A stretch of 64,000 bases of DNA from Candidatus Cloacimonadota bacterium (GCA_021735645.1 JAIPGP010000003.1:6917-70916), one strand, 5' to 3'; shown: positions 46,436 through 57,191, counted from the first letter of the stretch. Made by a program: numbers and translations. The notes: generated by a model not told the origin, from the sequence alone.

Positions 46436-47490
46436 TAAAGATAATTATTCTGGTTTTTATCTCTTAAATAACCAACAATTTTTTTTACTTCTTCCGACTT
46501 GTCCAGATCAGCAATCAGGAGAACATCTTCAGTTTCAATTACTACCAGGTTTTTTACACCTATAAGACTTACAAGTTTTTCGGAAAAAATATAGTTATCC
46601 TCACTATCGAAAGTAATACCCGGTTTCTTAAAAAAGTTATTATTCTCATCTTTAGGCGAAATATCATGCAAGGCTTTCCAGCCACCCACATCACTCCAGC
46701 CAAAATCTGAAGGAATAACTGCGATGTTAGCGGATTTTTCCATTATACCAATATCGACGGGTAGTCTAGGCATTTGCTTATATAAGGAAGTGATATCGCT
46801 GTTTTTTCCATATTTAATCCAGTCAGTTTTGATCTTTTCAAGTAATTGCCAGATAGCTGGCTGTAAATGTATAAAAGCCTGTCTAATAGTTTTTAATTTC
46901 CAGAGGAACATACCGCTATTCCAGAGAAATCTGCCGGTTTCCAGATAAGTCTGGGCAGTTTTTTTGTCAGGTTTCTCTTTGAAACTGGCAACCGAGAAAG
47001 ATTTTTCGCCAATTTTATCACCGATCTCAATATAGCCATAGCTGATAGCCGCATAATCAGGTTTTATGCCAAATGTAACCAGCATATCATTTTCAGCAGT
47101 CTGTCTGGCAATATCAACACATTTATAGAATTCGTCAGTATCGGTGATCAGGTGGTCAGCAGCAGCAACCAGCATAGTTTCATTTTCGGAATATTTATTT
47201 TCCAGCCAGGCAAGACTGAGAGCTATACAGGGTGCAGTATTCATGCCAAAGGGTTCTACAATGATGTTTTGCGGGTCAAGATCAGGGATGTGAAATTTAA
47301 CGAGCTCCACCTGACTGGCAGCAGTAACAATGTAGATATCTTTGAGGGCAACATTTTTTAAGAGTCGATTTACGGTTAATTTGATCATGGAATCGGCGCT
47401 GACAATGGGCAGGAACTGTTTGGGATTATCTTCTCTGGAAAGTGGCCAGAAGCGGGAGCCAATTCCACCCGCCATAATTAAAGCAATCAT
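46435..47490 (-). CDS. Mannose-1-phosphate guanylyltransferase-type nucleotidyltransferase
   Basis: 351 aa. LIMAGGIGSRFWPLSR N-terminus with an NTP-transferase fold. No C-terminal isomerase domain. Confidence 0.8.
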   Translation of the reverse strand: MIALIMAGGIGSRFWPLSREDNPKQFLPIVSADSMIKLTVNRLLKNVALKDIYIVTAASQVELVKFHIPDLDPQNIIVEPFGMNTAPCIALSLAWLENKYSENETMLVAAADHLITDTDEFYKCVDIARQTAENDMLVTFGIKPDYAAISYGYIEIGDKIGEKSFSVASFKEKPDKKTAQTYLETGRFLWNSGMFLWKLKTIRQAFIHLQPAIWQLLEKIKTDWIKYGKNSDITSLYKQMPRLPVDIGIMEKSANIAVIPSDFGWSDVGGWKALHDISPKDENNNFFKKPGITFDSEDNYIFSEKLVSLIGVKNLVVIETEDVLLIADLDKSEEVKKIVGYLRDKNQNNYL

Positions 47491-47492
47491 GT

Positions 47493-48098
47493 TTATTCTC
47501 CGTTTAGTCGATTATCAATAATATTAGTGTCTTTTGGGAAAGCCGGAATAAAGATATTTTCTGGCAGTTTGCCATTGATTTTCTCTTGTGAGAACATGTA
47601 TTTAACGGAATTACTATTTTCATCACTGATGAGAACAGAAGTGATAAGACCGTTATTCAGGCTGATCACGATTTCTTCCATATCTTTATTAAGTAAAAGG
47701 CGGGTCTCATTATTTTGAGAAGGCAGAAATCGTTTTTCGCTATCCTGCCAATAGGCTTTGATAATTTCCACCGGGCGGATAAAAAAATCTCCTTTATCCA
47801 TATATATAGCCTGTCCGCTTTTTTTATCGTGCATGATCACGGTATTTCCATGCACAAATAATTCCTGTTCATCAGGAGGAAGATAAGAGACAAAAAGCGA
47901 GTCACTATTATAATAAATTTTACCGGAGGCAGTTTTTGCCCGGTCAATATCCGACCAGTAGTTTTCCTGATTGAGAACGGCTTCATAAGATGTGACAGCA
48001 CTATAGCGGTCTATCACCTGCTGATAAATATCCTCCAGTTGGGATGCTGAAAGATATATTACCCAGGTTAGCAGAAAAAATAAGATTACTTTCTTCAT
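47493..48098 (-). CDS. lolA: LolA-like outer-membrane lipoprotein carrier protein
   Basis: 201 aa with a signal peptide. The pattern F.Q...SGKIYY..P..F...LPPDEQELFVHGNTVIMHD is LolA-like. ftsK-lolA synteny with a 4-nt overlap. Confidence 0.6.
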   Translation of the reverse strand: MKKVILFFLLTWVIYLSASQLEDIYQQVIDRYSAVTSYEAVLNQENYWSDIDRAKTASGKIYYNSDSLFVSYLPPDEQELFVHGNTVIMHDKKSGQAIYMDKGDFFIRPVEIIKAYWQDSEKRFLPSQNNETRLLLNKDMEEIVISLNNGLITSVLISDENSNSVKYMFSQEKINGKLPENIFIPAFPKDTNIIDNRLNGE

Positions 48099-50410
48099 AA
48101 CAACTCCTCTGGCAGATAACCAAATCTTGCCAAATCCGCCTGATCAGCTAATACTTCTCTGGATTTACTGCCCAGATGCGGACCTACTATGTTTGCCTGT
48201 TCCAGCAGGTCAACCAGCCTACCCGCCCTGGCATAGCCTATTTTAAAATGTCGCTGAAGCATGGATACCGAGGCAGAACCTGCCGTGACAACTGCATAAG
48301 CCGCTTCGGGAAATAGCGGATCATCAAAATCAAAATCTTCCAGAGCAGCACTTTCTTCCTGGATTATGGTTATATCGTCATCTGGTTTAGGCTGTACCCG
48401 CAGATAGTCCACCAGGTCATTGATCTCATCGTCAGAGACATAAGCTCCATGAATACGCTCAGCAATTGCTTTTCCAGGACCCAGGAAGAGAGAATCTCCT
48501 TTACCCAGAAGCAGTTCAGCACCATTTGCGTCCAGAATAACGCGTGAATTGGTCTTTTGAGAAACCTTAAAGGCGATCCTTGCCGGAAAATTAGCTTTAA
48601 TTAGACCGGTTATCACTTTGATTGAAGGACGCTGAGTAGCCAGTACAAGATGGATACCGATTGCTCTTGCCATCTGAGCCAGACGGGTTACCGGGCGTTC
48701 TATTTCTTTGGTAGCAGTCATTATTAGATCAGAGAATTCATCAATGATCACCACAATGTAAGGGAGCACTGAATCTTCCGGTTCCTCACCAATTTTTGTC
48801 AATTCCCTGATTTTGTTATTATAATCATCCAGATTTCTAACTGTATAGTTTTGTAAAAGTTTATATCTTCTATCCATTTCAGAAACAGCCCAATTGAGAG
48901 CCATCATCACATGTTCCGGTTCTGTGACCACATTCTGGATAAGGTGAGGTATTCCTTCATAACCCGCCAGCTCTATACGTTTGGGGTCTATCAGAATGAG
49001 TCGAAGTTCCGAAGGAGTGCAGCGCAATAGCAGACTTACTATAATGGAATTTACGCAGACACTTTTACCAGAACCAGTTGCGCCGGCAATCAGAAGATGC
49101 GGCATCCGAGCCAAGTCAGCAACCACGGGATTGCCGGCGATATCCTTTCCCAGAGCAAAAGCAAGTTTGCTCTCCATTTTTTTCATTTGAGGAGAAAGCA
49201 TAATATCCCGCAGGAAGATAATATCCCGCTGCACATTCGGTAATTCGATGCCCACTAATCCCCTGCCAGGGATGGGTGCTTCCACCCGCAGGCTGCTTGC
49301 CTTCAGAGCTAGAGCGAGGTCTTTTGATAAACTGTTGAAAGTATTAACTTTCACGCCAGGTGCCGGTTTCAGTTCATATTGAGTTACAATAGGACCAATA
49401 TTCACATTTTTCACGGTTGCTTCCACCTGAAATTCTGCCAGTTTATTTTGCAGGATATTACTTACCTGGGCAATATTTTCTTCAATTGCCTTGCGGTCAG
49501 AAATCTGGATAGTAGATTCCTGTAGAAAAACAGCTATTTCCGGCAGGTGATACTTTCCGTCTTCAGGTGGCTGATGATTATTAGGGGATTTAAGTTTATT
49601 AACTGGGCTAATTATTTTTTTGTCTTCTTTATTAACAGGGGTTTTGTTAATGGGTGGAGTTTTTCTTTTCGGGAAGTCATCAAGAGGTGGTTCAATAACC
49701 TCTTGAGAGAATTTCTTCTCCGGTACTTCCTCTTCATCAGTATGAATTTTAAATCTTGGTATCTCAATTTTTTCGGCTGGTTTCTTTTCTGGTTTATTAA
49801 TTTTCTTTTCTCGGGATTTAAACAGCATTTTAAAGAAGCTGCTGATACCTTTTGCCAGCCAGCAGATAAATTGCCAGATAAGCCCGGGTTCAAAGATGAT
49901 AATGACCATAACCACAATGATCACGGCAGCAATGATAATGGTTCCGGTAATCCCAAACAGGTTATTCAGGAAGGAGCGGATGAAATGAGTCATCAATCCC
50001 GGTATCAGTGGTTGTCTGTTTGTGATAGTGATCACGACAATATTCACAAAAAAAGCTAATATCACAAAACAGATGATCTTTCCGAGTAAATTATCCTGAG
50101 CAATCAGGAAAATTTTGAAGAAAGAAAGCATGGTAAGCCCCAGCAGCAAAGAGATGCAAAGAATCCGCCCAAACAAATAAGTCAGCCAGTAACTCATACA
50201 GGCACCAAATGGACCTATTGGATTGCTCACATCCGGAAAGTTCATTTTGATCACTTCCAGAAAAGACATCTGTTTCTGGATAATACTGTCATAATCAGTA
50301 AGAATATATTTGCTATCTATACTGAGGGCTACCAGTAACAAAATAGATAAAATCAGCAGCAATAACCAGACAGCAAAATATTTGTTATTAATTAACTGCT
50401 TAAATTCCAT
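48095..50410 (-). CDS. ftsK: DNA translocase FtsK/SpoIIIE
   Basis: 771 aa. N-terminal TM domain, a Pro/Lys-rich linker, a motor domain (AGATGSGKSVCVN, VVIIDEFSDL) and a C-terminal gamma winged helix. Confidence 0.93.
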   Translation of the reverse strand: MEFKQLINNKYFAVWLLLLILSILLLVALSIDSKYILTDYDSIIQKQMSFLEVIKMNFPDVSNPIGPFGACMSYWLTYLFGRILCISLLLGLTMLSFFKIFLIAQDNLLGKIICFVILAFFVNIVVITITNRQPLIPGLMTHFIRSFLNNLFGITGTIIIAAVIIVVMVIIIFEPGLIWQFICWLAKGISSFFKMLFKSREKKINKPEKKPAEKIEIPRFKIHTDEEEVPEKKFSQEVIEPPLDDFPKRKTPPINKTPVNKEDKKIISPVNKLKSPNNHQPPEDGKYHLPEIAVFLQESTIQISDRKAIEENIAQVSNILQNKLAEFQVEATVKNVNIGPIVTQYELKPAPGVKVNTFNSLSKDLALALKASSLRVEAPIPGRGLVGIELPNVQRDIIFLRDIMLSPQMKKMESKLAFALGKDIAGNPVVADLARMPHLLIAGATGSGKSVCVNSIIVSLLLRCTPSELRLILIDPKRIELAGYEGIPHLIQNVVTEPEHVMMALNWAVSEMDRRYKLLQNYTVRNLDDYNNKIRELTKIGEEPEDSVLPYIVVIIDEFSDLIMTATKEIERPVTRLAQMARAIGIHLVLATQRPSIKVITGLIKANFPARIAFKVSQKTNSRVILDANGAELLLGKGDSLFLGPGKAIAERIHGAYVSDDEINDLVDYLRVQPKPDDDITIIQEESAALEDFDFDDPLFPEAAYAVVTAGSASVSMLQRHFKIGYARAGRLVDLLEQANIVGPHLGSKSREVLADQADLARFGYLPEELL

Positions 50411-50412
50411 GA

Positions 50413-51492
50413 TTACACACTAAACCTTATATTGATTATATCACCATCCTGGACAAGGTAGTTTTTACCCTCCAGTCTAAACATTCCTTTTTCCCGCAAA
50501 GCCTTTTCCGAGCCAAGTTCCTTAAGTTTTTCATAATGAAAGCATTCTGCTCTGATAAAGCCCCGAGCCAGGTCTGAATGGATTTTTCCGGCAGCCTGCA
50601 CCGCATTATCACCATTGACGATCGTCCAGGCTCTCACCTCATCTTTACCAACTGTAAAAAAGCTGATAAGTCCCAGCATATTATAGGAGAATCTGATGAG
50701 GCGGTTTACAGCAGATTCGCTGATATTCATATCTTCCATGAACATTTCGGCTTCTTCGCTGTCCATTTTACTAAGCTCCATTTCAAAATTTCCGGCTAAT
50801 TCAATAACGCGGAATTTCTTTTCTATCTCCGCAATTACTGCTTCATTTTTAGCAAAGTTATTTTCATCAGAATTAAGAATGATCATAATGGGCTTTTCTG
50901 TAAGCAGCCTGAAACCCCTGATAGCTTTTTCCTCTTCAGCAGAAAATTCCAGGTCACGAACCGGAGTAGAATTATTTAACTGTTCATTAATTCGGGTAAG
51001 AATATGTTCTTCAATCTGCAGTTCAGCCAGATTAATGCCTCTTTTTTTATCCTTCACTATGCGTTCCAGTCTTTTCTCAACCAGAATCATATCACTAATG
51101 ATCATATCTTCCATGATCTGGTCTATATCCGCGAGCGGATCAGGTTCCCCCTGGCTCTGGCAGATGATTTCATCCGTAAAATTTCTCACCACCAGAGCAA
51201 GAGCCTCAGAAGTTTTGATCAGTCCCAGAGATTCAGCCGAAAAAGCTTCATTATCCTTACTGCCAGCGCTCAGTCCGGCAAAATCCGTAAATTCCATGTG
51301 GGCATATATAGTTTTCTTGGGTTGGTAATGCTCCGAGAGCCAGTCAATTCTCTCATCAGGCACTTCCACTACTCCAATATTAGGTTCCAGTTTCTGACTG
51401 CTATAGGCGGTTACTTCCGCATTCAAACCGGTTAACGCATTAAATATTGTAGTTTTTCCTGAATTCTGTAAACCAATTATTCCTATTTTCAT
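50413..51492 (-). CDS. ychF: Ribosome-binding ATPase YchF
   Basis: 359 aa. G1 GLQNSGKTT, a coiled insertion and a C-terminal TGS-like end (GKNYLVQDGDIINIRFSV). Confidence 0.88.
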   Translation of the reverse strand: MKIGIIGLQNSGKTTIFNALTGLNAEVTAYSSQKLEPNIGVVEVPDERIDWLSEHYQPKKTIYAHMEFTDFAGLSAGSKDNEAFSAESLGLIKTSEALALVVRNFTDEIICQSQGEPDPLADIDQIMEDMIISDMILVEKRLERIVKDKKRGINLAELQIEEHILTRINEQLNNSTPVRDLEFSAEEEKAIRGFRLLTEKPIMIILNSDENNFAKNEAVIAEIEKKFRVIELAGNFEMELSKMDSEEAEMFMEDMNISESAVNRLIRFSYNMLGLISFFTVGKDEVRAWTIVNGDNAVQAAGKIHSDLARGFIRAECFHYEKLKELGSEKALREKGMFRLEGKNYLVQDGDIINIRFSV

Positions 51493-51592
51493 CTTTATAA
51501 TTCCTCTTAAAATATCTATTTTTCACTCTATATTTGATAAATAATCCCTGCAATACCTGTCAATTAAATTTACTGAATATACCCAGAAATAT

Positions 51593-52948
51593 CTATTTTC
51601 CAATACAATAACCGGAAAATATTTTATCTAGAATATCATCTGTAGTAACCAGTCCGGTGATTTCTTCCAGTGCTTTACTTACCTGCAAAAGGTCAAAAGC
51701 TATAAATTCTATGCTGACACCTTCTGTCAGAGCAATTTCCACCTGCTCAAGCTCTGTTAAAGCCTTTCTGGCTGCTGCTATTTGTCGGGCATTGGTCAAT
51801 GGCGGCAGCTCAAATTCTTCTGGCTTGATATTGATTTCCTGCAAAATCCTGGATTTTAAGGCAGATAAACCATCATTAGCTACTGTAGAACATGAGATAT
51901 AACCCTTCTGAAGATATTTAGTTATCAGTGCAGTCCCCAGAATATCTGTCTTATTAAGTACCTTGATGATCTTCTTTTCCTCAATCAGCTTTTCCAGTTT
52001 GCTGGTTTCAGCTTCATCCGGTTCTGAATCTGTTACATAGATAATCAGGTCTGACTGATTGATTATTCCCAGGCTACGCTCCATACCCAGTTTTTCCAGC
52101 TGATCATCAGTCTCCCGCAATCCTGCCGTATCATAAAAAATAAGCAAAAATCCCTCAAGTGCAATTGCTTCTGCCAGATAATCACGGGTAGTGCCCGGAA
52201 TAGGAGTCACAATAGCTCTGGCGGAATTGAGTAAGGCATTAAAAATACTCGATTTTCCTACATTTGGCTTGCCCACCAGACAGACTTTATAACCTTCCCG
52301 CAAAATCAAACCATCCCTGCCACTTTGCACCAGCAATTGCAGTTCTTCTTTTAATTCCGCAATTTTTACTGTCATCTCTGACGTAGATATCGTCTCCACA
52401 TAATCTTCAGGAAAATCAATTTCCAGTTCCAGCCTTAACCTGAGTTCTGTAATCTTATCCAGAAGTACCCTGATTTTTTTCTCTAACCTGCCCTCTAACT
52501 GATCCAGGGCAATTTTGTGTGAGTGGCGGGTGGAAGCAGCCAGCAGATCACCTACTGCTTCTGCCTGAGTGAGATCGAGTTTATTATTGATAAAAGCACG
52601 TTGGGTAAATTCTCCAGGCTTCGCCAACCTCGCAGTTTGCAGGATGTTTTCCAGGATAAGATCTGCTATATATTGATTGCCATGACAGGATATTTCCACA
52701 ATATCTTCTCCTGTATAGCTATCGGGGGCACGGAAAACTGTTGCCAGCACTTCATCAATCAAATGCTCATCCGCATAAATTCTGCCAAAATTTACATAAC
52801 TGCTGGGGGCTTTTGCCAGAGGTTTTTTACCTCTAAATAGCTTGTCTGCTATTTCAATGGCAGCATTACCACTCAACCGGATGAGATGAATTGCTCCCGT
52901 ACCCGGAGCAGTAGATTGTGCAGCAATAGTATCCTGAGATAAATTCAC
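51593..52948 (-). CDS. mnmE: tRNA modification GTPase MnmE
   Basis: 451 aa. N-terminal TIAAQSTAPG.GAI, G-domain GKPNVGKSS and a C-terminal CIGK. Confidence 0.93.
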   Translation of the reverse strand: MNLSQDTIAAQSTAPGTGAIHLIRLSGNAAIEIADKLFRGKKPLAKAPSSYVNFGRIYADEHLIDEVLATVFRAPDSYTGEDIVEISCHGNQYIADLILENILQTARLAKPGEFTQRAFINNKLDLTQAEAVGDLLAASTRHSHKIALDQLEGRLEKKIRVLLDKITELRLRLELEIDFPEDYVETISTSEMTVKIAELKEELQLLVQSGRDGLILREGYKVCLVGKPNVGKSSIFNALLNSARAIVTPIPGTTRDYLAEAIALEGFLLIFYDTAGLRETDDQLEKLGMERSLGIINQSDLIIYVTDSEPDEAETSKLEKLIEEKKIIKVLNKTDILGTALITKYLQKGYISCSTVANDGLSALKSRILQEINIKPEEFELPPLTNARQIAAARKALTELEQVEIALTEGVSIEFIAFDLLQVSKALEEITGLVTTDDILDKIFSGYCIGK

Positions 52949-52949
52949 C

Positions 52950-54818
52950 TTAAAATATATCCTGATCTTCCAGGTTTTTGAGGATTTGCGCTGCTTCCAG
53001 ACCCAGTCTGGATTTGAGGATTTCTATTCTGCCATGTGTAATGAATTCATCCGGTATTCCATAAGAAAACACCTTGATACTTGAATTGCAGTAGAAGCTC
53101 TTGATTGCCATCCCAAAGCCGTTAGCTAGAGCGTTATCTTCCAGAGTAATTACTGTATCAAAGTTTGTTTCCAGATTATGAAGCATTTCCAGATCAAGAG
53201 GTTTTACAAAGCGGACATCTATCACGGCAGGATTTAGAGAATATTTTGCTTTGATAAGCTCTGCCAGTTTTTCTGCTTCAAAGTAATAATTTCCCACACC
53301 CATAATTGCTATCTTTTCTCCTTCCATCGCCAAGAGAGACTTACCTAAAATGATATCAGAATTTCTGGCTGGGCAAAGCGGAGCAACTCCCCGCGGGTAG
53401 CGGATAACCACTGGACCTTCCTGATAATTGCAGGCAAAAGTCAGCATTTTTTCCAATTCATCACTGCTGCTGGGTGCCATAATCACCAGATCAGGGATAA
53501 GACTAAGATAGGATAGATCAAAGCTGCCATGATGGGTTGCACCATCTTCACCTACCAGACCTGCTCTGTCCAGGCAAAAAACTACCGCTAATTTCTGCAA
53601 TGCCACGTCATGTATCAACTGATCATAAGCTCGCTGCATAAAGGTAGAATAAATTGCAACCACCGGTTTAATCCCACGGGTGGCAAAACCGGCTGCAAAG
53701 GTCACTGCATGCTGTTCGGCTATTCCCACATCGAAAAACCGTTCTGGAAACTTCTGGGCAAATTCTGCTAAGCCTGTCCCATCTGTCATCGCTGCTGTGA
53801 TCGCTATGATTTTCTTATTAGCGTTTGCTAATTCCATTAGTTTGTGTCCAAACACCCGTGAATATGTTATTTCCGATTTATTTATACATTCGCCAGTTTC
53901 CACTTTAAAGGGTCCTAAACCATGAAACTTGGCTGCATTATCTTCCGCTGGTTCATAGCCTTTACCTTTGCGGGTAACCACATGTAATAGAACTGGTCCT
54001 TCCATATTATCCCGTGCCCGACGAAAAGTTCGCGTGAGCTGAGCAATATTATGTCCGTCAATTGGTCCCGCATATTTAAAGCCCATATCCTCAAAAATTA
54101 TATTGGGAGCAAAAGTACTGACAATATTGCCCTCAAACTTCTGGGCAAAATGCAGGATTCGACGCTTATAATGATCCGGCGTGGGCAGATTCTGTAAAAT
54201 ATCCCAAATCTTACCTTTTAATTTGTTATATGACCTGCTCACCAGAAAATCAGCAAAATACTTCTGTAATGCTCCCACATTTGGTGAGATAGACATATTA
54301 TTGTCATTTAATATCACGATGAGATTCTTATTAAGATGACCTGCATGATTCAAAGCTTCAAATGCCATGCCTCCTGTTAGTGCCCCATCTCCTATTACAG
54401 CAATTGCCAAACCGGATTCCTGCAGGCAGTCCTTTGCCATTGTGATACCCAGTGCTGCCGATATCGAGGTGCTGCTGTGCCCCACCCCAAAAGCATCATA
54501 CCGGCTCTCACTCATCCGGTTGAAACCACTGATGCCGCCAAACTCACGCAAGGTATCAAACTGCTCATTGCGACCTGTGAGGATTTTATAGGCATAGCTC
54601 TGATGACCCACATCCCAGACGATACGATCCTGGCAGGGATCAAAAACATGCAACAGGGCTATTGCCAGATCTGTCGCTCCCAGACTGGGAGCTATATGTC
54701 CCCCATTTTTGGCAGTTACTTCTATTATTCGCTTGCGAACCTCTCCTGCCAAAGCACGCAATTCACTAATACCCAGCGCTTTGATCTTGTCCGGACTGGT
54801 TATCTTTTCTAATATCAT
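52950..54818 (-). CDS. dxs: 1-deoxy-D-xylulose-5-phosphate synthase
   Basis: 622 aa. GGHIAPSLGATDL, TPP motif GDGALTGGMAFEALNHAG and a transketolase-like C-terminal half. Confidence 0.95.
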   Translation of the reverse strand: MILEKITSPDKIKALGISELRALAGEVRKRIIEVTAKNGGHIAPSLGATDLAIALLHVFDPCQDRIVWDVGHQSYAYKILTGRNEQFDTLREFGGISGFNRMSESRYDAFGVGHSSTSISAALGITMAKDCLQESGLAIAVIGDGALTGGMAFEALNHAGHLNKNLIVILNDNNMSISPNVGALQKYFADFLVSRSYNKLKGKIWDILQNLPTPDHYKRRILHFAQKFEGNIVSTFAPNIIFEDMGFKYAGPIDGHNIAQLTRTFRRARDNMEGPVLLHVVTRKGKGYEPAEDNAAKFHGLGPFKVETGECINKSEITYSRVFGHKLMELANANKKIIAITAAMTDGTGLAEFAQKFPERFFDVGIAEQHAVTFAAGFATRGIKPVVAIYSTFMQRAYDQLIHDVALQKLAVVFCLDRAGLVGEDGATHHGSFDLSYLSLIPDLVIMAPSSSDELEKMLTFACNYQEGPVVIRYPRGVAPLCPARNSDIILGKSLLAMEGEKIAIMGVGNYYFEAEKLAELIKAKYSLNPAVIDVRFVKPLDLEMLHNLETNFDTVITLEDNALANGFGMAIKSFYCNSSIKVFSYGIPDEFITHGRIEILKSRLGLEAAQILKNLEDQDIF

Positions 54819-54836
54819 CTATAAACCTCTTATCTG

Positions 54837-55442
54837 CTAAATCACTATTTTTTCAATCCATTTCAGGATTTCAGGAATACCCTTTTTCTTTAATGATGAA
54901 AAGGCAAAAATTTCCTCAGTCCGCAAACCCAGACCAATTTTGAGTCCATTCAAACTCGCTGCCTGTTTGGAAAGGGGAATTTTATCACTTTTCGTGGCGA
55001 TCACGCAGCAGGTTTTACCCGTTTCTGCCAGCATCCTGATAACATCAATATCCTTAGGGTCTGCCTTGTGACGTATATCAACCAGCACAAATACTCCCTG
55101 AAGCTGCAAACGACTGGAAAAATACTCGTTGATCATCACTTTCCATTTATCACGCTCAGTCTTGCTCACTTTGGCAAAACCATAACCCGGTAAATCAACC
55201 AAAGAAAAATAACCATCTTCTTCCCCGGACTTAAATTGTACCTGAAAAAAATTCACCAGACGCGTTTTGCCCGGCTGACCACTCACCTTTGCCAGTGACT
55301 TACGGTTAAGTAATGTATTTAATAATGATGACTTTCCGACATTTGATCTGCCTACAAAGGCAAATTCTGTAAAACTGCTGGCTGGATACTGCTCGGCAGT
55401 TACAGCACTGGATAGAAACTCCGATTTTACTATTCTGATCAT
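54837..55442 (-). CDS. engB: Ribosome biogenesis GTPase EngB (YsxC/YihA)
   Basis: 201 aa. GRSNVGKSSLLN, PGKTR, DLPGYGFA and TKSDK motifs. Confidence 0.9.
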   Translation of the reverse strand: MIRIVKSEFLSSAVTAEQYPASSFTEFAFVGRSNVGKSSLLNTLLNRKSLAKVSGQPGKTRLVNFFQVQFKSGEEDGYFSLVDLPGYGFAKVSKTERDKWKVMINEYFSSRLQLQGVFVLVDIRHKADPKDIDVIRMLAETGKTCCVIATKSDKIPLSKQAASLNGLKIGLGLRTEEIFAFSSLKKKGIPEILKWIEKIVI

Positions 55443-55807
55443 TCAAAATATACCATGGATGAGCGTTCACTCTCCCATATCTCTACTTCTGCCACCCTGA
55501 CAAAATCCGCATTCAGCACTTTGCTTAACCGGTCAAAGATATATCTGGCGATGTTTTCCGATGTGGGATTCATCCCCTTAAAACACTCCATATCATTTAA
55601 ATAACCATGGTCAAGCTCTGACATCAGATCATTTAAATGCTGCTTTACTATTCCAAAATCCACCGTCATGCCAATCTCATCTACCTGCGATGCCAAAATT
55701 CCTACCCGCACTTTCCAGTTATGTCCGTGCAGGTTATGGCAAGCACCTTCATAACCCTCCAGCCGATGAGCTGAAGAAAAATCTGATACTACATTCAGTT
55801 TATACAT
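55439..55807 (-). CDS. queD: 6-carboxy-5,6,7,8-tetrahydropterin synthase QueD
   Basis: 122 aa. FSSAHRL...CHNLHGHNW zinc and active-site motif. Confidence 0.88.
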   Translation of the reverse strand: MYKLNVVSDFSSAHRLEGYEGACHNLHGHNWKVRVGILASQVDEIGMTVDFGIVKQHLNDLMSELDHGYLNDMECFKGMNPTSENIARYIFDRLSKVLNADFVRVAEVEIWESERSSMVYFE

Positions 55808-55899
55808 GCACTACCTCCATTATTCATAAGAAAACGTAACTGCTGTATTGTAAAGTTTTTTCTCTTTTACCGGATTAGGAACCGGCAAGTGGCTCAGTT

Positions 55900-56772
55900 T
55901 TAGGGTAAATTGGTTACATTGGAATTATAGATATATTCCTCTTCAAAATCAAAATCCAGCGTCTCAGCTATCTTTTCCAGCGCTTTTTTCTGGATTTGAC
56001 GAACTCGTTCTCGCGATAATCCCAGCTCCTCGGCAATCTGAGCATAATTTTTGCCTTTTTTACCTTCCAGTCCAAAGTATTCTCTAATGATAAAGGAATC
56101 ACGCGCCGGCAATTCACTTAAAGCCCGTTCGATTTTCTTATCTCGTTTCTTCGCCAGATACAGTTCCTTGGGATCATTAATAGACACATCTTTCAAAAAA
56201 TTGTCAAAATGTATCGGATCATTATTTGAATTATAGTTTTTATCGTGAATGGAGAATGTGTTTATCTCCTGGGCATTCACCTTCTTAATATGTTTTAAAG
56301 GCACGTTAGCAGTCTGTGAAATTTCTATCTCATCAGGCCGCTTGCCTGTGATGCTGTAAGTCATCTCTTTATGATAATTTATCTTATTTAATAAATTGAT
56401 TTTGTCCAAAGGCATACGAATCAGATTGTTCTTCTCTGTTAAAGCACTGATTATTTTCTGCTTGATCCACCAGACTGCATAAGAGATAAACTTGTTATGC
56501 CGCTCCGGCTCAAATTTCTCGATTGCTTTGATCAATCCCTGATTACCCTCGCTGATTAATTCACTCAAGGTCAGTCCCCGATTCTGATAACGCGCTGCCA
56601 CTCGAACTACAAACTTCAGATTGGCTGTTAATATCTTATTGATTGCCTCTTTATCACCTTTTTGTGCTTTGATTGCCAAAGCATGTTCTTCTTCACGTGT
56701 TAACGGATCGAGTTTGGCAATCTCATTCAGATATAACTGCAAACCCTGATCATCAAACACATTTTCACTCAT
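55900..56772 (-). CDS. RpoD-family sigma-70 factor lacking region 1.1 (short primary-like sigma)
   Basis: 290 aa. Region 1.2 (LQLYLNEIAK), region 2 (NLKFVVRVAARYQNRGL...EGNQGLIKAIEKF...FISYAVWWIKQKI) and region 4 (YAQIAEELGLSRERVRQIQKKALEKI). Confidence 0.85.
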   Translation of the reverse strand: MSENVFDDQGLQLYLNEIAKLDPLTREEEHALAIKAQKGDKEAINKILTANLKFVVRVAARYQNRGLTLSELISEGNQGLIKAIEKFEPERHNKFISYAVWWIKQKIISALTEKNNLIRMPLDKINLLNKINYHKEMTYSITGKRPDEIEISQTANVPLKHIKKVNAQEINTFSIHDKNYNSNNDPIHFDNFLKDVSINDPKELYLAKKRDKKIERALSELPARDSFIIREYFGLEGKKGKNYAQIAEELGLSRERVRQIQKKALEKIAETLDFDFEEEYIYNSNVTNLP

Positions 56773-56890
56773 CTAATTTCTCCTTCATACCCACAAAAAA
56801 CTCTCATTCTATTTTTTTTCTCTTCACTGTAAACTATCCCGGTTGCTATTTTTTAACTTTAAGTAATAACGTCAACTTTTGTTTTACAAT

Positions 56891-57190
56891 TTAAAGTTGA
56901 AATTCCGGCATATTATCGGTTATAAAATCTAACATTTCATCGTTATTCATTCCAGAACCTTCTGCCAGTTTAAATATTAATTTTACTCCCGATAGGTTTA
57001 TCCCAAGTTCCTGAGTCAATGTGATAATTATTTCTATTTGAAGCAAGTCTTTTTTTGAAAATATTCGCGTATTTCGCTCACTTCGCGCCGGCTTGATCAG
57101 CCCACGCTTTTCATATTCCCGAATTGTCTGTTCATGTATCTTTATTTGCTTTGCAACCTCACCAATATAAAAATATTCTTTATCAATCAT
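56891..57190 (-). CDS. MerR-family transcriptional regulator, HspR-like
   Basis: 99 aa. N-terminal HTH YIGEVAKQIKIHEQTIREYEKRGLIKPARSERNTRIFS and ELGINLSGVKLIF resemble HspR (my recollection of the family). Confidence 0.65.
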   Translation of the reverse strand: MIDKEYFYIGEVAKQIKIHEQTIREYEKRGLIKPARSERNTRIFSKKDLLQIEIIITLTQELGINLSGVKLIFKLAEGSGMNNDEMLDFITDNMPEFQL

Positions 57191-57191
57191 T

